From NCBI RefSeq assembly GCF_009914755.1, contig NC_060935.1: a stretch of 64,000 bases of DNA; one strand, given 5' to 3'. The translations under genes and the position numbers were made by a program. Positions 39,238-52,000 of the stretch are shown here, in pieces; the first letter of the stretch is position 1, and each line of letters begins with the position of its first letter. Below the pieces are notes generated by a model. It saw nothing but the letters and a program-made list of their open reading frames with translations. It made no database searches and was not told the DNA's origin. Source of the DNA: the human T2T-CHM13v2.0 reference genome, Homo sapiens.

Positions 39238-39879
39238 CTACTTCTTATTTTATAATTTATCCAGTGGTTGGCCTTATTTATTCCACCACAAGGATGGCCT
39301 TAGTATCAGATCATAGGAAAAATGCTATTACAGAAATTATATAATAAACAGTATGCTGATTTGAAGAGGAATGAGGGATATTACATCTGACAAAGTTGCC
39401 TAACACATTACCCAAACTAATTAGCTTCTGCTGGAAGCAACCAGCATTTCAAACTGTGTGTTAAATATTAGAAACTGAAAATGACCAGGAGTTAGTTAGT
39501 GACTCATGGGCTTATTATAATGACAGAAATGTAGTATCTGGAGGAAAGCTCTGCATTTGCTACTTTGGCTGGCTCATGGTGATCCTGAAGCTGTGGTTTT
39601 TGGTTTACTGGGGAAAGAAGAAAACAGCCTATTACCATGTTATATTCAAATTACCACTCAAAGTGAGAAGTTAATGAAACATTTTTGTCTTTTTTTGACA
39701 TTAATATAAATGTATCCATTAAAATAGGTTTCTGATCGTGAATGCAATTCATACACTAAAATGTACCATTTGTGTTGCAACAATACCACCTCAATAGTGC
39801 TTGTCTCCATTATGAATCAGTGATAAATACTTGATAAACTTAAGGAAATAAATAGTAAGTATCATGCATCTTATTGTGT

Positions 39880-40190
39880 AAATGGAATATAATGTGTAAG
39901 TTACTGTACTAGGCACTTTGAATAAAATGATGAGCAAGTTTACATGCTTTTCTGCTGTGGGGGATACTACCTTCTACTGAGAGACACAGAGAACTAAACA
40001 AATGAGCAAAAACAAGGGCAATTGATAAGAGAAATATGTGGAGTTGCACAGAAAGGGTACCCAAGAACGTTTAAGGGATACTCAAAGAACTCTACCTAGA
40101 TGAAGCAGTATATAAATCATTGTAAAGGAATTAGTGGGATTTACCCAGGTTTTGGGGTGGAAGGTTGGTAGAGGTTCTAGCATAGTTAGC
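39880..40190 (-). mobile_element. L2 fragment
   Basis: TACTGTACTAGGCACTTTGAATAAAATGATGAGCAAG...TTCTACTGAGAGACACAG. Confidence 0.55.
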
Positions 40191-41150
40191 CAACAAATTT
40201 TATGGCACTTTAAATATAATGAACTACACTTGAAAAAAATATTAAAATGGTTATTAATGCCAAAAAATAAAATAATCCAAATGCAGCTGAAAACTCCTAG
40301 TGTAATAATAAATATAATTTAAAACCGTTATTTAGTATAAGAATTTAACTTTAGAAATGGCATCCATCATCTTTATTTAATAATTTTGTTTGCAAAAAAT
40401 GTCTACTCTCTTTTTATTAAAATATAAAAATGGACAAATAAAAAATGTAGGAAATTTATTCCCAAAATTAAACATATAGGTCAGCAAAGAAGTCATACAA
40501 TGGCCCTCTATAGAACTGCTTAATAAATTATTTGATCATAATTATGAAAAAAAATGGATCAATAAAAAGCCATAGTAAACTTCATAGTATATTATTTCTG
40601 AAGGCACAGAATTAGGCGATGCCTTTTCAGTAGTTTTTATGCTAAAAGAAATAGAACAAAATTGTAATATATAGATGATAGATATATCAGATCATTAGAA
40701 ATACTTACATACACCTCATGTTACAACCTTGTCAGTTTATTACATTTAATTCAATTGACTACTACAAGCCCTCTCATAATAGACTTTGCAATTTAGACTG
40801 GCCTTGAAGAGTTGAAAGCATTTCTTACAAAGAATGATAAGGACAAGGCATCCCAGAAAACATATTACCCATTCACCTTTTGTATCCTTAGTGATAAGAA
40901 ACAGATATATTGAAGCTAAATATGCAGTAATTATGATTTTATTTTAAAAACTCACTTCTATTCAACATTTCATGAAATAGTTTTACAAATCCCACTTCAT
41001 TTGATACCTAAAACCTTTAGTTATTTCTGTTTGTCCTCTTTCACTGGCCTAGATAATGATAGTATTAATATAACTATTATTTATTAAGGACTTACTTATT
41101 TTGAGCATTTAAATATATAGAACCTTTAATGCTTATAACTACTTATGTAA

Positions 41151-41501
<351 letters not shown>

Positions 41502-41954
41502 GATATTATTTTCTTTTGGCACATTATGAAGACAATATATGACACTTCTAATTAATATGTCAGAATTGAGAATCCATTGAGATGTAGACACTGGAGAGAT
41601 AGTTGGAGATATAATATTTAAGCACTGATAATTTTTAGGCAATGTACCTTAGATGTATTGATAAAGGTCTGGTTATCACTTGACTCTGGATTAGGCACCC
41701 CAGGATTATTCATCCAGCTAGTAACACAGTTTCCTGCCTCCCCAGGAACCATTTTACAGATAGCGCCATGCATACTCTCAGTACCCCACCAGAGTCCTAT
41801 GGGAATATAGAAGGAGATGAGCCATGTGTGCTCATTTATGTCTTTCAAGTTCAGTAAAACTTGAATTCTGGGAGGTCAACAAGAGACCAAGAAGCTTACT
41901 AAATGGAACTTCTTTTTCATGATAACATGATGTTGGGGGTAAAGAAAAGGTGTC

Positions 41955-42450
41955 TGTAGTATCCAAAATATGATTCTCCAAAGATGACCACATTCTAACC
42001 CCTGGAGCCTATGAATGTGTTATGTTACATTGAAAGGGGGAATTAAGGGGAAGATGAAATTAAATTTGCTTATCAGCTGACTGTGAAATGGAAAGATTAT
42101 CCTGGATTATCTGGGTAGTCTCAATATAATCACAGGGATCCTTATAAGTGATAGAGGTGGAGAGTTAGCATCAGAGTGACACAAAGTGAGAAAGCCTGGA
42201 ATGACCATTGCTGGCCTTGAGGAAGGAATGGGGACGTAGCCAAGGTCTGTGGCAGCCTCTAGACACTGGAAAAACTAAGAAAGTAAATTTTCCTCTAGGG
42301 GCTTCAAAAGGGAATGCAGCCAGTGGATGACTTAATTTTAGCCCTGTGAGGCCCATTTCAGACTTCTGTCCTCCAGAACTGTAAGATAATAAATGGGTTT
42401 TGTTTGAATCTGCTAAATTTGTGGTAATTTGTTCATAGTAGCAATTCAGT
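41955..42450 (+). mobile_element. MLT1C-like MaLR LTR
   Basis: CCAAAGATGACCACATTCTAACCCCTGGAGCCTATGAATGTGTTATGTTACAT...GATTATCCTGGATTATCTGGG...CTCCAGAACTGTAAGATAATAAAT. Confidence 0.85.
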
Positions 42451-42587
42451 ACGCATCAGGGTTTAGTACAATAACAGAACCCTGTATTGTTGTGTTTTTA
42501 AGCAGGTAGAAATTTAATACAAGATTTAGGTAATTGTAAAAGTGCCATAAGGATGAAAAGAATGGAATAAGGTGATATAATTGGACT

Positions 42588-42685
42588 TTGTATTGTCCAG
42601 GTTGGTCTCAAACTGCTGGGCTCAAGGGATCTTCCCACCTCAGCTTCCTGAGTAGCTGAGACTGCAGGTACCTGTCACCCTGGAT

Positions 42686-42737
<52 letters not shown>

Positions 42738-42865
42738 TTATTTATTTTAGAGATGAGGATCTTGCTTTGTTGCCCAGGCTGATCTCAAACTCCTGGCCTC
42801 AAGCAATCCTCCTGGCTTAGCTTCCTGAGTAGTTGGGATTACAGGCACGAGCCATCATGCCAGCT
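42588..42865 (-). mobile_element. Old AluJ/FLAM-FLAM-type element with (TA)n in the linker
   Basis: Two left-monomer-like halves (GGTCTCAAACTGCTGGGCTCAAG and GATCTCAAACTCCTGGCCTCAAG) separated by (AT)~23. Confidence 0.75.
42688..42733. repeat. (AT)n microsatellite
   Basis: About 23 perfect AT units. Confidence 0.97.
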
Positions 42866-43101
42866 ATCCTTGGACTCTGATTTAAAATCACATGATGTCA
42901 ACTCCCAACATTACCAACATCCCTGCTCTACAGTACTGAGGAAGCTGGTGAATAATTGTGTTCACCAGCTGGTGAATAGTTGTGTAATATTAAGTCAATC
43001 GTTTTTTACTTTGGATGGTTACCTCAACATCCCCAGATCTCTGTCCAACCTTAAGATAGCACCCTGAGTTTTTGTGATGTTCACCTCCCATTCTCCAGCA
43101 T

Positions 43102-43172
43102 ACACACACACGCACACACACACACACACACACACACCCGTACATGTATGTACACACACACACACACACACA
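43102..43172. repeat. Interrupted (CA)n microsatellite
   Basis: Two CA runs separated by CCGTACATGTATGTA. Confidence 0.95.
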
Positions 43173-44312
43173 TCTATATGTATGTATAGGCATTTACAAC
43201 ATTTCTGCTCACCAAATTCAGTCAACACAATGTTATCAATGCAGTGGACCCGTCTAATACCCTGTAGAATAGTGAGATAATCAAGATTTTTGGGGCCAGT
43301 TTATGCAGAGAACCAGAGGTGAACTAGCAAAGGTGTACTTCTGACCTGAAGCTAAACTGCATCTGCTTATTAAGATGGGGAAAGTAAAAGAATTTGCACT
43401 TTCAAAACTGCTTACCAGTTATCAGCAGAATGTTGATTTGCTAGAATAAAGCTATCACAGGAGGAACAGCAGCCCAGTTGCATTTAATTCCCTGATCAAG
43501 CTTAAAATAATTCACTCTCTTTATCCAAGACCAATCCATCTTCTCTTCACAACAGCAATCTATCTTCTGCTACTTAAATTGAGACATGAGAGAAATCACC
43601 ACATGGGCATCCTTCAAGACTTACGGTGGCACTAGTATTTGTGGTTCACCAGGGATGCAAGATCGAATTTGGTTTATCATTTTGGTGGAGTGCGGACATT
43701 CAAGGACTTTTACCTAGGCCTTATAAGCAAAATAGTCCCTATTCTATGAGTGAGGGGGGATCGGTGTGGAAATTCATCTAGCTGCCAATTAGGTAATTAT
43801 GTAATCCAATTCCAATTATGCAATCAAAAATGATAGAAATAAACAGAGAGTTGTTTTATAGGCCTGCTGTAAGAGCTGAACTCAAGCTAAACTCTGTATT
43901 ATTTGCTTTATATACACTCTTATTCTGACTTGTACAGGTCAGTAACATAGGAGAATCCAAGTATTATTGCTAACTGGGAGCCATTGTATGGTAATCCTTG
44001 AAAAACCAAGGTTGCTTTCTTTTCTTTGTGTAAAATATAGACCCATCTTGGTAAATGGCTGCAAATCCCTTTAGGAAGCCTAGAATAATATATATTTAGT
44101 GACCCTAGAGGGTGATATAGATGAGAGTGGGTGAATAGGTCATAAAAAATGTACTCCAGAACTCCTATCTCCTTAAGTTGTTAGATTTTTTCCATCATAT
44201 TATAAAAAGAGTTTCTAAAAACTTGATTTAATTTAGGCAACTGATGTATCCAACATTCATTTAAACATCCGACAATTCAAGTCACTTTTAGCTGCCTGTA
44301 TCTCTTATTTGT

Positions 44313-44545
44313 TAACACTCTTATAGTACTTAACTATGTTCCAGATACTTCTCTAAACAGATACATATATAAATTAATTTAATCTTTGCAATAGTCTCAT
44401 GGGGCCAATATAATTATTTTACTCATTTTATAGGCGTGAGAAATTAGGCAAAGAACAATTAATCATCTTGTCCAGGGTCACAAAGCTTGTTAGTGCTGGA
44501 GATGGACTTGAATCCAAAATTTTGTGTATGTGCATCTTTAACCAT
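44313..44545 (-). mobile_element. MIR SINE
   Basis: CTCATTTTATAGGCGTGAGAAATTAGGC...CTTGTCCAGGGTCACAAAGCTTGTTAGTGCTGGAGATGGACTTGAATCCA. Confidence 0.8.
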
Positions 44546-44823
44546 AAATTCACGTTCTCTAATATGTTCATTCTTCCCTTGTCAGAAGCCACAAAATTCA
44601 TTCTTATACATATTCCCTAAGTTTGTGACTGTATAAATCAGGAAAACCTTGCAGCTATTTCTTTCTGATATGTGCACCATCTCCTTTCAAGTCAGATTTT
44701 GCATTTGTCCTCCTGAGGCTTGTTAGGATGTAAGTCTAGTTATGAGTTTGAAAGCCACAAGGGGTGGCAGCAACAGGGCATGAGGATAATCTACAAGTCC
44801 TTTGAAGTAATGGCCTAAGGTGA

Positions 44824-45469
44824 TGTGACAGTTACTAAGGGATTGTCAGCTTCCAACCCACCCGTCTGTACTCATGATCCTGGTGCTGGGTCTCTGCAAA
44901 TACATTGCTGGTTGGCCACCGGGCTCTGTACTAGGATCTACAATAAAGGGGCACTAGAAAGATACCGCAAGGCTAGAGGAAAGAGAAGCTTCTTTCTACT
45001 TCCAGTTTCCTCCACGTGAATTTACTGTTTGCTTCTTCTGGTTCCTGTAAAAGTAACCCCAGCAACGGTTCTCCACCCAGGAAGTGGAATTTTCTTCCAG
45101 TGGAATCACCTATATCCATTGTGTAATTTTTCCAACATTGGTATAACCAACTTTATTATGCACCCACTTTAACTCACCAGCCTTAGCAGGCCGACATCCC
45201 CTCTTCAAAGGTCTGGGTCCCAGCGTCTCAGGCTTCCTTCCTGTAAGTTTCTAAGTTTTAATAATGCCCACCATTCCCTTTGTTCCCTCAGACTTAGGGA
45301 CAAAAGCTGTCTTCTGCAGCCCCAGCTTTATAATACCTCATAGTTCTCATTTTATCCTCTCAGTTACCTGGCTACTATTTTTCTACTTAGCGATTTTTTA
45401 TATTAAATTTTCTGTCTGTTCAAGTAATTGGTATGATTTCTGTCTTTTTTCTGGACCCTGGCTGATGTA
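44824..45469 (+). mobile_element. Old ERVL-class solo LTR (LTR41-like)
   Basis: TGTGACAG ... ATATTAAATTTTCTGTCTGTTCAAGTAATTGG...TTCTGTCTTTTTTCTGGACCCTGGCTGATGTA, with 5-bp TSD GGTGA/GGTAA. Confidence 0.7.
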
Positions 45470-46529
45470 GGTAAGATCATTTCAGTGTCTTCAAGCAAGG
45501 CATGATTTTCTTTGACAGAATGGTAAAGAGCAGCTACTTCTATAGGCAAGGAAACATCAATGGGATATGGAGTTTGTAAGACTTATTTTTATTATAATTC
45601 ACCCAAATATTTTCTTATGATTCTGAGAGGCTCAGTCTTTCCCAATCAGTGCCCCGACTTTCACACAAGAGACCTGGCAAGGTCAGGAATTCAAATTAGT
45701 GTGTAATTCTGTAACTCCTTGAATTGGTTTCTGTGTCTGATTTATTGTTATCTCAGGCAGTGGCTATGAGAGATAAGAGATTCTTTTAAAAGACTCAAAT
45801 AAGACTAAACCTATTGGCACAGGTAAGTTTGAGAAGCAGAATAAAGTCAAGTGTTTACAGCCCTGAGCTATGATTTTCTCTCTTCATGCTACCCAGTTCA
45901 AGCAGAAGAAGGCCAGCTCACCTCAGTCTCTGTATTTCTCATTGCCATCATAGTGCTCATTTGCAGCAGCCACTTGAACTCTCAGTCCTACTCACTGATA
46001 AGAAACTACGTGCTACGAACAACTACATATCATGGGTCACCTACAATCCATTTTTCCCTGATGATGAGGTAATCACTTCTTTCAAACCAGGTCACATAAT
46101 CCATCCAACATATCTAGTTTTAGGGCCTTTCCCTGGAACTTTTCCAGCTCTCTGTATTTTATTAAAGTTTCGTGTGAGAAATAAAAACTGCTTTAGATAT
46201 TTCAAGTACAAAGTGACTTAATATCAATATTTTTATTCAAGATCTAGGAATTTATTTATGTCTACACATGGATGTCCTTTACTTAGGAACTCTAAAAAAG
46301 CATTAATATTATATAATTGCTAAATGATTTTTCCTACTGCTATTGGCCCAACATATGCATTATAAATTCCAACAACAGACAATTATTGTATCATGTTATA
46401 ACTTAAAAACTCTTCACGTTTTCAGTTTTTATGTTTGCATGGTCTTGTCTTCTTTTTCTGGATATTTGTTTTCCATGGGGGTATATATATGGGTGAATCA
46501 TTTCTTTGCCCTCTTCCATTTGATCATAG

Positions 46530-46730
46530 AACTTAAGGACATCATTCTGAAGTCAGACATAGATGGATATGAATAACATATATTAGCTGTGTGATACTAG
46601 AAAATTATTTACCCTTCTTGAGCACTGAAACTTCTCATTATAATGGCTATAATTGGTATCTATTTACAAGGTTGCTATGAAGATTAAGTAAGGCACTTTA
46701 GCATATTTTGGCATAAAAATGTGTTATTAA
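46530..46730 (+). mobile_element. MIR SINE
   Basis: TCTGAAGTCAGACA...TTAGCTGTGTGATACTAGAAAATTATTTACCCTTCTTGAGC. Confidence 0.7.
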
Positions 46731-46749
46731 GATGAAACATTAGTTTTGT

Positions 46750-47690
46750 ATGTTTTTTCAGATGCATTATCATATGCTGTTAAGCTTATTGCTTTGAATG
46801 TACTATCCTTCTGAGAAAAGGTAGGAAAGACAGGAAAGGGGGTTAGGCAAGTCTCACATCAGTGTTCCTGCTTTTCATCCTACCTCACTACCCTCATGAG
46901 AAGCCAGCTTTCCATTGGAGAGCTCCTGAGAGGCTGAAATCCTGTATGAGAAGATCCTCACTTGTCTCAGAGCCAGTCTGACCATGAGAGAAGAGATTAG
47001 ATTGATTTGTGAGTGAATATTGGGGAAGAGGCTGGATTGATGAGCCTAAGACAGGGATCCTGGCTCCCCTTAGCCTACTGGAGAATGCAGAGGACCCAAA
47101 AGTTTCTTCATGTTCCTGTGGGAAACCAAAGATATGCTAGATTAATATACTTTAGCTGGAGCTGAGAATGAGGAGATTGCAGTGTACAGAGATTTTTATG
47201 AACAAAAGGAGAAAAGTTGAGAATTCATCATCAGATACCAGCTTAATGCTAATTGGTACCGGAAGCATCTCAAGATATATTAATTCAGGGACCACAAAAA
47301 TGATGAGACCTGGTTGCATAAACAATCTGCTTGGGAAGGTAGAGTAAGGACTTACCTCTAAGAACATCAAGTCTTCTTTGGCCTCTCTGCCATCTTCCTT
47401 CTTCACCCTCCATAAGGTCTATTACAATTCCCACCCTAGAAATGCAGAGGTCATCTTGAGGGGCCATGTGGACAGGAAATTTAAATCTTAAATCCTGAGC
47501 ATGTATCTTAAATCTTCAATGAATTAAGAGAGTATTTAAAACTAAAAGAAATTAAGAATATTAAATGGAAAGTTTGAGGTTTTTAAATCGAAATTTTATT
47601 TATTACTATGCAGTAGGTTGTTTATACAGGTCATTAGATCAGTTATAGAAAATTAAAGAAGTTATGCTTCTCTGTACAACTGAGTTGTAG
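46750..47690 (+). mobile_element. Possible ancient LTR (LTR78/79-like)
   Basis: General resemblance only, with a 3' motif AAATTAAAGAAGTTATGCTTCTCTGTACAACTGAGT. No clear TSD. Confidence 0.35.
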
Positions 47691-49485
47691 TATACTCATA
47701 TGTGAATCTGATATAATACCAGATATATTATTTCACTGAAATCAAAGGACTTTTTTTTACTGCCATTTGCATGAACTAAAAGCATGTGTAGGAAGACAAT
47801 GTTTCTACAGAAGCAGAGAGAATAGGCCCCAAAGTACAGAGATGCACATATATAGTTTAAAGAATATATCACGTATATATCTTTTAAAATAACTACAAAT
47901 ATTCTATCTAGGAAATAAAACCAAATAGAACCAATCATGCATTTACTATAATAAATTGACTGAATCATTCCCTAGAGGCATAATATTTTGCAGGCATTTT
48001 CGAAAAATCCAAGTTTTCTAAGAGAAACCAGAATTCCCTTTTATTCAGTAACGTGTCATTGTACCCCCTCTACAACCTTCAGCTTTATTTTATTCATATT
48101 TGCTCTTTTTTGGGTCTTAAAATAGGCTTTGGTTAAGCCAGCTGTTCATAAAACAGGAGAGAAAAAAAAGCAAGCTCAGGAAAGCACAGTGTCTGGCTTA
48201 GATTTTGCATAGTTGCTATACTAATCAATATCACAGTAATTAAAATCATTCATGATTAATGGGCTGGCATTTTTATAGGGCATTGTTGTTTGCAAAAGCA
48301 TTTCACAATCTATTTTGTCTAACTGCCCAGTAGGAGCGAGCCCCAAATCACCTGGCTACCTTTTGTCCTTTTTTTCCATCTGAACTACTCCTGTCTTTGG
48401 AATACCTTGCCATAGGATGCAATTGTGGATTTCCCCTCTTTCTGTGTGAGAAAATCCTTTTCTCTCACAGGCAAAGACTGCTGCTGGAATTTAAAGATTG
48501 CCACTTATTTTGCCAACTATTCATTGAATTTACCTTCTCTCTATACAAAAAAAACCCCTGAGATACCAGGACTTTGAGAGGCCAATGTATTACTTTGTGA
48601 CCCTAAGGCTATACCTATTTGCATTATTTCTCTCTGGAAGACAGAGTAGTCAATACTATAATTCTTCTCTTATCGACTCTAGACTGAGACTCTAAATTTT
48701 GAGTTCTAATCCTGGCACTGAGATTAATGTAATCATGGAAAATTGACATTTTAACCACACACCAAAAAATAAGCTTAAGCATTAGGAAGGCAAGTCCCTT
48801 AAGGAGGTAGTAAGACAAGCCATTGCTTGCAGTTACTTAAATGAACCAAAATGCTTAAAGTAAATATTCCTTGGATACTAGATTGTGTTTTTGATATCCC
48901 CTTATCTTGCATTAATTTCAACAAGGATTTTTTGCACTTACAGCTGCTGAGAAAAATAAAAGACTGCACAAAAGCCTTTAAGGGCTTTTGAGGATTGACT
49001 TTCTATACTTCATCAGAAAACAGTTCATAAAGAATCTAAATTTGTAATCCTGGATACATTGCTTTTCATCAAGTATCAATGAGTAGTCAAATTGGTCAAT
49101 GTTAATTTCATTCTTTGTCTGCCAATGATTTGCACATTTCCTTTCAGACCATACCCACTTCTTTCTACAGAAATCTTTAAAATATTCTTTAAGAAGACAA
49201 CAGAAATCATGTGGAAGTGATATAGCCTTGAGAGTTTTATTAATATGATTCTTGATAATTTGCTACAGAATTTTTATAGCTTAACTACAGTACTACAAAA
49301 TGTGATCTATTTAAAATCTGAATGAACCTACAATTCATTCATAAAGCATTTCAACAAGTATATGCAGAAACTCCACGTTAGAATCAGAGTGGTTAAACTC
49401 TCTCTGGCTGCACAAAAATCCAACAAAACCACCTCTTCAGGCAAAGCTTGTAAGGGAGCTCACTACCTTGACAGAGTCTTAGTAG

Positions 49486-50170
49486 TGAGAGGTGAAACCG
49501 GCTGGACTTCCTGGGTTGAGTGGGGACTTGGAGAACTTTTCTAACTAAAGGATGGTAAACACACCAATCAGCGCTCTGTGTCTAGCTAAAGGTTTGTAAA
49601 CGCACCAATCAGCACTCTGTAAAAATGGGCCGATCAGCATTCTGTAAAATGGACCAATCAGTGCTCTGTAAAATGGACCAATCAGCAGGATGTGGGCGGG
49701 GCCAAATAAGGGAATAAAAGCTGTCCACCTGAGCCAGCAGCGGCAACCTGCTTGGGTTCCCTTCCATGCTGTGGAAGCTTTGCTTTTTCGCTTTTCACAA
49801 TAAATCTTGCTGCTGTTTGTTCTTTGGGTCCATACTACCTTTATGAGCTGTAACACTCACTGCGAAGGTCTGCGGCTTCACTCCTGAAGTCAGCAAGACC
49901 ATGAACCCACCGGGAGGAACAAACCACTCTGGAGGCGCCACCTTTAAGAGCTGTAACACTCACTGAGAAGGTGTGCGGCTTCACTCCTGAAGTCAGCAAG
50001 ACCACAGACCCACCAGAAGGAAGACACTCCGGACACACCTGAACATCTGAAGGAACAAACTCCAGACACACCATCTTTAAGAACTGTAGCACTCACTGCA
50101 AGAGTCCATGGCTTCGTTCTTGAAGTCAGCTAGAACAAGAACCCACCGGAAGGAACCAATTGCAGACACA
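49486..50170 (+). mobile_element. LTR12 (HERV9) solo LTR
   Basis: TGAGAGGTGAAACCGGCTGG ... GCAGACACA with perfect 4-bp TSD GTAG (49482-85, 50171-74). Tandem CACCAATCAGC-CTCTGT U3 repeats and GAGCTGTAACACTCACTG/CCTGAAGTCAGC U5 repeats. Confidence 0.95.
49555..49725 (+). promoter_or_regulatory. LTR12 U3 promoter module: four CCAAT boxes (plus one mutated to CCGAT), GC box, TATA-like AATAAAA
   Basis: CCAATCAG at about 49564, 49604, 49654 and 49678, GGGCGGGG at about 49694, and AATAAAAG at 49713. Activity is not shown by the sequence. Confidence 0.65.
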
Positions 50171-51064
50171 GTAGCATCTGTAAGTAGAAAGAGCAGAAGC
50201 AGAAGAGATTTAAGGTTTTAGAGCCTGGTTTTAGGTGGATCTTTTGAAGCAAGGGCTTCATTAAGGTAAGGTCCATGATTTAATAGTTGAGGATTGACAG
50301 ACACAGTAAGGTAAGAATTTTAAGTTGAGAATATAAAAATCTTGCAATCCTAGGTGGCAAACAGTTCTTTGACATTGTCTGTTTAGAAGTTGAATAATTT
50401 GATGTTCATTAAATGATTTCATGGGAACTTCCTAAAATGAACAATAAAGTTATTTACAGTTTTATTTTCCTGGGCAAGAATTCTCTGGAATAGAAAAAAT
50501 ATGCTAGTGAGAGTAGTTAAGTTGTTAAATCATATCACTTTGACTGTAAGCTACATGGTTATAGAGGCCAAAAAAGAAAAACAAAATTATGCATATACAT
50601 AATGTAGAAAACAGAATAAACTATTAAAAATAAAGAGTAAGAAATAGAACAATTGGATTTTTAAATAGTGTAAAGGACATTATAGCTTCTATGTAGAAAT
50701 TTGAAGTGCTTTCAATCAATCTTTACTTGTAACACTTTCTTGATGAAGCTAGAAAAGTAAACGTTTAAACTCCATTTAGCCTCATTGTACATCTTGAATT
50801 ATGTCTACATTTCCATTCTATTAAAACATATTTTAGGCACCACTTTCAACACAGCTTCTTAGCCTCTGGTTCCCGTGCTGCTTATGAATTTAAAATGTGG
50901 GAAATCTGTGGGAAATGTGGCATAAAATATGGGGCCTACTTCAATGCATTTGCCTTCTCTCTGGGATCCTGGAGAAGCAAATAGTAATCAACTCTCAAAA
51001 TAGGTTTTTCTATCTCCTGGTCTCACTAACCTGATCTGCATGAAAGCCAAAGACATTGTCTAAT

Positions 51065-51147
51065 CATTTAGTGCAATATCCCCAGATCCTAGTAGAGTGT
51101 CCAGCTTATGGACAGTGGCCATTAAACATTTGTTGAATGAATGAATC
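51065..51147 (+). mobile_element. L2 3' terminus
   Basis: CCCCAGATCCTAGTAGAGTGTCCAGC...TAAACATTTGTTGAATGAATGAAT. Confidence 0.75.
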
Positions 51148-51839
51148 CACTATTCTGTCTAACTTCTGCTTTCTAATTCCAGAAATAGGGCCTGGAGTTT
51201 CTTTCACTTTTTTCTACTCTTTTTATGTATTTTATGTTACTTGTGATGCAGCAAATCGATTGAGAACAAATCAATGCATTTTATTAATTGGGCAACTGTG
51301 GCTGATTCAGGGATAAACATAGGGTCTGATTTGGGCATGTGGTATCCCCAAAATCTTGGTTCTAAGTTGCTCTTTTTTTTGTTTTTCACGTGGTGAGACT
51401 GCAGGATGGTAGGCAGGATCTGCTACTGTGATCATGCCGCTCTGAAGGGAAACACCCTTCTGAAAATGAAGGCAACCCATGGAAGAGCACAGCTAGCTGA
51501 TCAATACACCTGAATGCTGTTTTGTTAGACTCTGAATCTAAGCCATGCCCGAAAGACTTTTCAATTATGCAATCCAATATATTCATTGAATGCTTAAGCC
51601 AGTTTTGATGGAATATTTATGAGGATAAAATTAAATAATATAAATAAGAATACCTTAACAAATACATAATAAAAATTAGAGGGCACAATAAATACATGTC
51701 TTTTAAAAATTTCTTGCTTCATGCCTTCTTTCATTATACTTCTAGAACACTGATATTTTTTAATATTAACTGACAGCATTGAAATTATTACACTAGATGA
51801 CATAACATTTTGTATCTATAGGGAATTATTTAAGGGCAA

Positions 51840-52000
51840 CTTGAAATCCATTTTCCCCAAATCTCTTACTTACCAATAAAGAAACTGAAGATCCGAAAAT
51901 AACTTGATAATAGACATAAAAATAGTTAAGAATGACCTAGAAATTGCATCTCAGTCTTTTACCTCGTTAACTGCAGGCCCTTTTTACCATATCACACCAG
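51840..52000 (-). mobile_element. MIR fragment
   Basis: AATAAAGAAACTGAAGATCCGAAAATAACTTG...TTTTACCATATCACAC. Confidence 0.45.

Noticed and set aside
49540-50150. Regularly spaced direct repeats and ORFs 49545-49856 and 49841-50092
   Set aside because: These are the normal U3 and U5 tandem repeats of LTR12, and the ORFs are antisense chance frames.
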